From the NCBI RefSeq assembly GCF_031769215.1, contig NW_026782003.1, positions 4,154,001 to 4,218,000 of the forward strand: a stretch of DNA of 64,000 nucleotides, written 5' to 3'. The translations under genes and the position numbers were made by a program. The stretch's first letter is position 1; each line of letters begins with the position of its first letter. This DNA comes from Ylistrum balloti (taxonomy: Eukaryota). Shown here one piece after another: positions 54,615 to 64,000 of the stretch. The notes under the pieces were generated by a model. The model had not been told where the DNA came from. It was given only the letters and a program-made list of their open reading frames with translations, and did no database searches.

Positions 54615-56117
54615 ACTGACTACACAGACCCTCACACTAGACCAGAGACTTCCTACACAGACCCTCACACCAAACCAGAGACTTCCTACACAGACCCTCA
54701 CACCAAACCAGAGACTTCCTAAACAGACCCTCACACCAAACCAGAGACTTCCTACACGGACCCTTACATCAGAACAGAGACTTCATACACAGACCCTTAC
54801 ACCAGACCAGAGACTTCCTACACAGACCCTCACACCATACCAGAGACTTCCTACACGGACCCTTACATCAGAATAGAGACTTCCTACACAGACCCTTACA
54901 CCATACCAGAGACTTCCTACACAGACCCTTACACCAGACCAGAGACTTCCTACACAGACCCTTACACCAGACCAGAGACTTCCTACACAGACCATCACAC
55001 CATACCACAGACTTCCTACACGGACCCTTACATCAGAACAGAGACTTCCTACACAGACCCTTACACCACACCAGAGACTTCCTACACAGACCCTTACACC
55101 AGACCAGAGACTTCCTACACAGACCCTCTCACCAGACCAGAGACTTCCTACACAGACCCTTACACCAGACCAGAGACTTCATACAAAGACCCTTACACCA
55201 GAACAGAGACTTCCTACACAGACCCTCACACCAGACCAGAGACTTCCTACACAGACCCTTACACCATACCAGAGACTTCCTACACAGACCCTCACACCAG
55301 AACAGAGACTTCCTACACAGACCCTCACACCAGACCAGAGACTTCCTACACAGACCCTTACACCATACCAGAGACTTCCTACACAGACCCTTACACCATA
55401 CCAGAGACTTCCTACACAGACCCTTACACCATACCAGAGACTTCCTACACAGACCCTCACACCAGACCAGAGACTTCATACACAGACCCTCACACCAGAC
55501 CAGAGACTTCCTACACAGACCCTTACACCATACCAGAGACTTCCTACACAGACCCTCACACCAGACCAGAGACTTCCTACACAGACCCTCACACCAGACC
55601 AGAGACTTCCTACACAGACCCTCACACCAGACCAGAGACTTCCTACACAGACCCTCACACCAGACCTGAGACATGACTACACAGACCCTCACACCAGACC
55701 TAAGACATGACTTCACAGACCCTCTCACCAGACCTCAGACATGACCACACAGACCCACACACCAGACTAGAGACATGACTACACAGATCCTCACACCAGA
55801 CCTAAGACATGACTTCACAGACCCTCACACCAGACCTGAGTCATGACTATACAGATCCTATCACCAGACCTAAGACATGACTTCACAGACCCTCGCACCA
55901 GACCTAAGACATGACTTCACAGACCCTCACACCAGACCTGAGACATGACTAGACAGATCCTCACACCAGACCAGAAACATGACTACACAGACGTTCACAC
56001 CAGACCAGAAACATGATTACACAGACCCTCACACCAGACCTAAGATATGACTTCACAGACCCTCACACCAGTCCAGAGACATGACTACACAGACCCTCAC
56101 ACCAGACCAAAGACATA
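54615..56117. repeat. Two-domain 33/34-bp minisatellite
   Basis: ACACCAGACCAGAGACTTCCTACACAGACCCTC, then ACACCAGACCTAAGACATGACTTCACAGACCCTC from ~55665. Confidence 0.97.
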
Positions 56118-57537
56118 CAGCTATTTAAAAACTTGGACATTTTTTTTCAAATGGCGCCTTCCACTCGATAGGCAATTAAATATCATATTAATTTTTGATA
56201 AAACCAATATTTTATAAGACTTTTCAGTAACATTGATTGCCAGCGTTTTTTTTTCAGATAATATTTCTTTAAAACAGTAATTTTTCGTATGCTACTGAAG
56301 ATGGAAACATTTTATGATGTTTTACGGGTACACGTTACCTGTAGCCAATGTCAAGGTCACAGACAGATTAAGTTATGTCTGGCCATATATCTGTTAAATG
56401 TTTGAGATATACTGATAAAACTAGTTTGTTTTCTGTGTGGCACTTTTATGATGTTCCTTAAGTCAAGGTTTTACGAAAGGTCAATGTCAGTTAAAAGTGC
56501 TGTTATATAATACATATACAGTGTCTTTTTCGAGTCTTCCACGTGTAACAGATATGCTATTTATAGAACTGACTTTATTTGTTGTATATGTCATACCTGT
56601 TACAGGTCAAAAGATTATTATTGAGTGTTGGATGGTTTTTAATCTTTGTCGACATGCTGCTTTGAAACAATGCAATCCGTTGTTGTTTACTTAATTTGTA
56701 CAAGTACCACTGTGTTGGAATAAAAAGCAGTAGGATTCACAGAAAATTATTTAGCATCATTATAAAAAAAATAAACGAGACGCTGAGTTCTATTGTTACT
56801 GAAAAACACATTAAATTTTGAACACGATAAATAGTGTGGGAGCCTAGCCTCTCCTGTTTAGTTCCGACTTCTCCTATGAACATATCTGGTGTACAAAGCC
56901 TGTGACTACGCTTGTGCCTGCATTACTCCAGCTTGACACGCTGACATACCTCGACAATATACAGCTAATGTAAGAACTGTATACTATATATAATCACTTT
57001 CAGTTTTGCTAAGATTATATCATCATTGCAATTAAATTACATGATACATATCTATCATAAGGCTTCGCTTGGTTTCTTGTGTTAATTTTGGTGCGGATAA
57101 ATCCGAAAATACCTGATTATAACTGATTTATCATTTCTTGGAAAGTACTGAAAACGTATCAAATAAACCTACATATCCGGTTCATGTTATAATAATGTGA
57201 AGTTAATATGAATGTACTGTAAATGTTTAAAGTCATGTTTTGTACTCAAAAGCCAAATATATGAACCGTAAAATTTCAAGATCTAATTTTGTATGTGACG
57301 GTGATACACGCTTTTTTCCAGCATTAGTTCTATAAATGTTCAAGGTCAAACTCTGTACATCACGGTATGTCAAAGTAGAATTCGCTATATCCAATATGTC
57401 CCGTGAGCGCAAAAGTTCAAGGTCAACTTCTTTATGTCACAATATGACTCGCTCAATCCATGGATGTACAAAGATTCAAGTATTGTTTTTGTCAGATGCA
57501 AATATTGCTGTACGCCAGTGCAAAGTAGATATACCGC

Positions 57538-58512
57538 GAAGGTTCAAGGTCTCGCTAAATAAACCAGACAGATCTGCCGTGAAGGTTCAAGGTCTCGCTA
57601 CATAAACCAGACAGATCTGCCGTGAAGGTTCAAGGTCTCGCTATATAAACCAGACAGATCTGCCGTGAAGGTTCAAGGTCTCGCTAAATAAACCAGACAG
57701 ACCTGCCGTGAAGGTTCAAGGTCTCGCTAAATAAACCAGACAGATCTGCAGTGAAGGTTCAAGGTCTCGCTAAATAAACCAGACAGATCTGCGGTGAAGG
57801 TTCAAGGTCTCGCTAAATAAACCAGACAGATCTGCCGTGAAGGTTCAAGGTCTCGCTAAATAAACCAGACAGATCTGCGGTGAAGGTTCAAGGTCTCGCT
57901 AAATAAACCAGACAGATCTGCCGTGAAGGTTCAAGGTCTCGCTACATAAACCAGACAGATCTGCCGTGAAGGTTCAAGGTCTCGCTAAATAAACCAGACA
58001 GATCTACCGTGAAGGTTCAAGGTCTCGCTAAATACACCAGACAGATCTGTCGTGAAGGTTCAAGGTCTCGCTAAATAAACCAGACAGATCTGCCGTGAAG
58101 GTTCAAGGTCTCGCTACATAAACCAGACAGATCTGCCGTGAAGGTTCAAGGTCTCGCTACATAAACCAGACAGATCTGCCGTGAAGGTTCAAGGTCTCGC
58201 TACATAAACCAGACAGATCTGCCGTGAAGGTTCAAGGTCTCGCTAAATAAACCAGACAGAACTGCCGTGAAGGTTCAAGGTCTAAATAAACCAGACAGAT
58301 CTGAAATAAACCAGACAGATCTGCAGTGAAGGTTCAAGGTCTCGCTAAATAAACCAGACAGATCTGCGGTGAAGGTTCAAGGTCTCGCTAAATAAACCAG
58401 ACAGATCTGCCGTGAAGGTTCAAGGTCTCGCTAAATAAACCAGACAGATCTGTCGTGACGGTTCACGGTCTCGCTAAATAAACCAGATAGATCTGCCGTG
58501 AAGGTTCAAGAC
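57538..58512. repeat. 43-bp minisatellite, ~22 copies
   Basis: GAAGGTTCAAGGTCTCGCTAAATAAACCAGACAGATCTGCCGT. Confidence 0.97.
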
Positions 58513-59434
58513 CAAGTCACAGCCCATATGCCATAAAGGTTCACCGTCACGGCACGTAGTACTAAATTCGATACGTGTACATCCAAATTGTACATGTACT
58601 TTCTCTATGTATCGAATCCTTTCGACTTTACGTTTTCCAAATCAAGATGATTGTATTCAGCTTCGAAAATGTTCTCCGTTCGCATATTGACAACACATTG
58701 CAAACGTTCAGGGATCAAATAGGACGGATGTTATTTCATTACACGGGTAAATACGACACATATTGTCTTTGTCTCGCACACTTTAGAAAATATGGCGACA
58801 GAGTAAGTGATTGACATGTTTGAACATCCCTCCAAGTTTACGATTAATACTAGTGTAAGTCACAAGGCATTTCGCAAATGCCTTACTTCGCGAAATCACC
58901 TCTGCTGATAAATTTGCGGATACAAGATTTCGCGAACGATGGGCAAGAAATGATTGAATTCGCGAATGTTTATCTATTAGATATATGGATTTTGGAAATC
59001 TCCCATAGCCTACCGCAACCAATAGCTTGATATTGTCCGCCATTTTGCTTATGATAGTCATGTGACTATACCTATATCTATGAATTCAACTGACGTGTAA
59101 ACGGATGTTAAGGTAGGTTATATTTAACGAGGGATAACAAAGACGTCATCAAGAGATTCATTCAAATAATCGTGAATTCGCGATTGGTTCTCCTCGCGTA
59201 TTACCGCGAAAATAAATACTACGTGAAATATGAGTGATTTACAGAAGATTAACTTCGATCATCGTTGCCTCAGCAATGACGTAGCATTTGAAGATGATAT
59301 TTTTTAAAGGGCGAGGGAAACATAAAAAGAGACAAAAGGTATTTCTAAATGTTTATTTTAGTGCTCTACAGAAATCGTTTGCAGACGCCCACGAAACTTC
59401 TCTTTAACAAATCTCCGCGAAATTTCAACACCGA

Positions 59435-59860
59435 CACGCACCTACAAAACGCTCTCTAGAGTTCACTATAACATGCACATAGAAAGCCCTCACCAGAGTT
59501 CTATATAACATGCATCTATCAAACCTGCACAAGAGTTCTCCCTAACACGTACCTACAAAACACTCACCAGAGCTCTCTCTAATACGCATCTATCAAACCC
59601 CCACAGGAGTGCCCTTTAACACGCACCCACAAAACCGTCACCAGAGTTCTCTCTAGCGCGCATCTATCAAACCCACAGAGGAGTTCCCTTTAACACGCAC
59701 CCACAAAACCGTCACCAGAGTTCCCTCTAGCGCGCATCTATCAAACCCACAGAGGAGTTCCCTTTAATACTCACCCACAAAACCCTCACCAAAGTTCTCA
59801 TGAACACACACCAGAGTTCTCTCTAACACGCACCTACAAAACGTTATGGCAGTCCTCTCC
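59435..59860. repeat. Degenerate ~37-bp tandem repeat with a 74-bp dimer
   Basis: Near-identical 74-bp blocks starting at 59612 and 59686. Confidence 0.8.
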
Positions 59861-62287
59861 AAACATATTGCATCTTAACTCTCAAGCGCGTTCTCGCTAA
59901 TCATACGACCAGGTGTTTCCTCTAACGACACATCTACAACACCAGCATAGAATACAAACGGCTAGAGTCGCTTGTGTCAAAAATTCATGGACGTTTTCTA
60001 GCATCTTACCAACCACGCACCTACTAAACGCTCATAGCGTTGTCGCTAATGACAGACGTCTGCATCTAAATTAGCAGTTATCAGTTGTTGTTTCATTTTG
60101 AACATTATCTGGTTGGTAATTTTCTCCATAAAATGGAACTTATTCACAAAAGAGTGTAATCAATTTATATTTCAACGAAACCAGCACGCTGAACTGCAAA
60201 CACAATTTGTATCGAGGACATTACTGGCAAAACCACATACATGTATATGTTGTTTAAATGTAGTTTTTTGTTTCATTACCATAGAAACTGATGCGATGTC
60301 AAAAAACTATACATATCTAATTCCTTTAAAATGAAATTACATTATACTTACATATTCTATTTTGTTAAAACGAGACTACAAGTTTTGTAATCATAGATGC
60401 AGGTACTAACAGATCCAGTTTTATTAAATTTTGCTAGGTAAGTGTATATTAATACATAATGGAAAACTTGGATCTGACTGGGATATACCAATTGTATACT
60501 GAGGTATGGAGACGTGGCAGAACACAGTATGGAAAGATGTCGTCAACAAATAAACGAAATGTATAGAGATTCAACTATTAATATACATCTTAACGGGTAT
60601 TGGTAAATAATCAAAGTTATAATGAATCGATCGAGAACTATCGTGATATGGCATTAATGACTGGTATAAATGACAGAGCTGTGCACACAAACATCACATG
60701 CAGGCAACCATGTTTGGTATACTTGCAAACCTATGTCATTTGTATCGACAATAAATGTCACCAGTGTAATGCTTATATTCACGTTTGTTTGGCATGTTGC
60801 TGACTTCAGCCTATCATAACTAGAATCAAATAACACGTGAAATAAAATCTTCATTATCGACAATGTCATCCGTTAACTGGAACCGCCCTTTTATAGGGAA
60901 CCTTTGCCATTTCCATACCCAAAATAATGTCATTAGTCAACCGCTGAATGCCATTTTTCGTACCGTAAATCACCCATTTTTGCCGTGGTATTGCAATGCA
61001 AATGTAGAACTACACGTATATGAAATCCCACCTCTAAACATGTAGCATCTATTGAATTTATATTAACAGGAATAATCTTTGTGTTACCCATAGTTATATA
61101 CCAAATAAAATAAAAAGAGATATACCCCCTCCCTCATCTTCTTTACCTATTGGGGAGTAAATGTATTAAGGGATTCAAGAGATATCTTGCACGCAAGCTG
61201 GATTTTTTAAAGTGGTCAAGGATGACCTTTGACCTTAAACCTTAACCGATGAGCACCAACATTTGGTCAGGTGTAGACCTGGGTGGGGTGATGCTATGGT
61301 TTGTGTACGAACCAAATCCTTCCATAGTTACATAAGATGAAACGTCTTGTACACAATATTATTTATTTCAAAAGTGGTCAATGATGACCGGTTAAGGAGG
61401 TGGACACTGATGCAGTAATGCAATTAAACTGCTTTTTTGTCGTTTTACTCTCTGTGACATATTTAAATTTCAGAGATTGGTTTGAAATTTCTTGTGTCTT
61501 AAATTTCCTGTTTTTCCTTTCGATTACTGAGAGATCTTCTTTAAAACCTCGGTGATTGTGATACATATCTTCGTCAGCTCTATATCAACAGTCCTCTAAC
61601 TGCAATGTACTAACAGAGAGATCCATGTAGTTTCTGAGTACAAGCACATGTGAAGCTTTTAGTGAGTATGGTATCAAAATGATGTTAAAATGGTATTGTT
61701 TTGTGATCTGAAGTGACAGTCATAAACGCATCTATACATACAACAAGGGCGTTTTCCTGTTGTCCGTAGATATTAACTTAAATGGACGATTACATCACCT
61801 AGACGTGTCAATTAGTTATGATCTAATGATAGTCATTTAAAGGCAGAAAATCTAAAATTATAGATAGGTCCAGGGTTTATCACTATACACCCAAACTAGT
61901 CTCAATTATCCTGTAGTGTAAAAACTCTCACTTCCCCCGCTCAATGCTGTAATAAGAGGCTTTAAGATCAGTGATGGATACTGAAAGTGATGATGTGATT
62001 ATATCGGTTTTGTGTGAATCATCCCTTTCTGTCTGCTCTCTGTTGACAGAGAATTTTTCATGAAAGCGATCCGATATTTCCTTTCACAGATATTCGCGAT
62101 TCTACTGTGATAAATGTTCTCATACCACGTAGATAAGTTTTTTAATCTAATTACCTCAAAATTACACCCTCAATAAATGTAAAGATTCCAACAGGAACTG
62201 AATCTCGGGTATATCAAGTACATAATCTCGTCATAATTAGACTAGAAAGTCGTTCTTACCAATGTTGTAACGTACCTCACTGATGCA

Positions 62288-63155
62288 CTTATAGTTATGT
62301 ACCCCTACCGATACACTAATAATTATGTACCCACACAGATACACTAATAGTTATGTACCCACACAGATACACTAATAGTTATGTACCCACACAGATACAC
62401 TAATAGTTATGTACCCACACAGATACACTAATAGTTATGTACCCACACAGATACACTAATAGTTATGTACCCACACAGATACACTAATAGTTATGTACCC
62501 ACACAGATACACTAATAGTTATGTACCCACACAGAAACACTAATAGTTATGTACCCACACAGATACACCAATAGTTATGTACCCACACAGATACACTAAT
62601 AGTTATGTACCCACACAGATACACTAATAGTTATGTACCCACACTGATACACTAATAGTTATGTACCCACACAGATACACTAGTTGTTATGTACCCACAC
62701 AGATACACTAATAGTTATGTACCCACACAGAAACACTAATAGTTATGTACCCACACAGATACACTAATAGTTATGTACCCACACAGAAACACTAATAGTT
62801 ATGTACCCACACAGATACACTAATAGTTATGTACCCACACAGAAACACTAATAGTTATGTACCCACACAGATACACTAGTTGTTATGTACCCACACAGAT
62901 ACACTAATAGTTATGTACCCACACAGATACACTAATAGTTATGTACCCACACAGATACACTAATAGTTATGTACCCACACTGATACACTAATAGTTATGT
63001 ACCCACACAGATACACTAATAGTTATGTACCCACACTGATACACTAATAGTTATGTACCCACACAGATACACTAATAGTTATGTACCCACACAGATATAC
63101 ACTAATAGTTATGTACCCACACAGATACACTAATAATTATATACCCACAAAGACA
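62288..63155. repeat. 28-bp minisatellite, ~30 copies, with degenerate tail to ~63400
   Basis: AGATACACTAATAGTTATGTACCCACAC. Confidence 0.97.
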
Positions 63156-64000
63156 CTTTCAACTGTTACATTCTAAAATACCCGAATTGTTACGTACCCT
63201 TAATTAAACCTGCAACTGTTACCCTCTAGAAATAGCCATATTGTAAGGTAACACCCCAATTATCTTCAATTGTTACACTCTAAGGATATTCGTGTGTTAC
63301 GTATCCCCACAAATACCGGCAAATGTTACACCCTAAAATTACCCGAATTGTTACGAAAACTCAGATACCTTCATTAGATACACTCTAAAATAATTGTAGT
63401 ATTACGTGTCCTCACAGATACATCCAGTGTGACACATGTGCACGTTTTTTTTCTTTTTCAATTCCAGTTTCAAAAAAAAATATTATTTGTGATATTTTTT
63501 TCAAAGACTTTGTTTTATCGACAAAAAGAGCAACTTCGATTGATACGTATTTGTTATTCGCATTCTTTAAACAAATTATACACCAAAATATCTTAATTAC
63601 ATACTTGATTGATGAAGAAAGTGTAACTTCAAGGTCGTAAGAATACAGGATTCTATTAAAATAAAACACAAACACAAATAGCTTCACAAAATGGATTTTT
63701 GTAGAACCGCAGTAGGAGCTTATCCGTCAGTTCTATTTGCGTGTCCAGCAGGGCTCAAATGTCGATGTGCAAGGAACGGTCTCTTAATTGAAAGCCATAA
63801 ACTACATGAGAGTGGAAGTAGTGACTGGAAACCATGGTGATTTGAAGCGAAACATAGACGCTGATCAGCTTTGATTGAACAAGAGATGAAATAGTTAATC
63901 TTCATGCGTTAATATTTTATTAACAGAGAAAGAAAATGTTTAATTCAAGAAGTATTTGTATTGTGAATTGATCTGGTAATGATCATGTTCGTCAGTGTGC

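Noticed and set aside
54783-55728. Cys-rich ORFs (WCEGLCRKSLV)n resembling keratin-associated or metallothionein proteins
   Set aside because: Automatic open frames of a 33-bp tandem repeat; the frame breaks at the 34-bp domain
51435-63155. Regular repeats that might be mistaken for CRISPR arrays
   Set aside because: Head-to-tail units with no unique spacers, eukaryotic context, no cas genes
63412-63905. Short ORFs at the window end
   Set aside because: No recognisable homology or splice structure

Overview
AT-rich eukaryotic genomic DNA. It is an intron-rich animal sequence; the repeat style suggests a bivalve mollusc, which is inference only. There are no prokaryotic features and no CRISPR. 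Three spliced genes were reconstructed by hand with phase-consistent GT-AG junctions. (1) A large CCDC17-like coiled-coil gene on the - strand (~3.7-39.9 kb, 12 internal coding exons, ~1050 aa) ending in two homologous alternative last exons. (2) mago nashi/MAGOH on the - strand (43362-46564), whose last exon lacks an in-phase start and the conserved DPEGLR segment. (3) WDR83/MORG1 on the + strand (46889-51389, 7 exons, 305 aa), head-to-head with mago. Introns and intergenic DNA hold more than 15 minisatellite arrays, a Tc1/mariner fossil, tRNA-Thr-like SINEs and a 184-N gap. The most striking pattern is that at least three tandem arrays are amplified copies of a real exon-intron junction. They create runs of 9-20 splice-site copies, and use of any extra copy leads to a premature stop. 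Most long ORFs in the supplied track are artefacts of tandem repeats.
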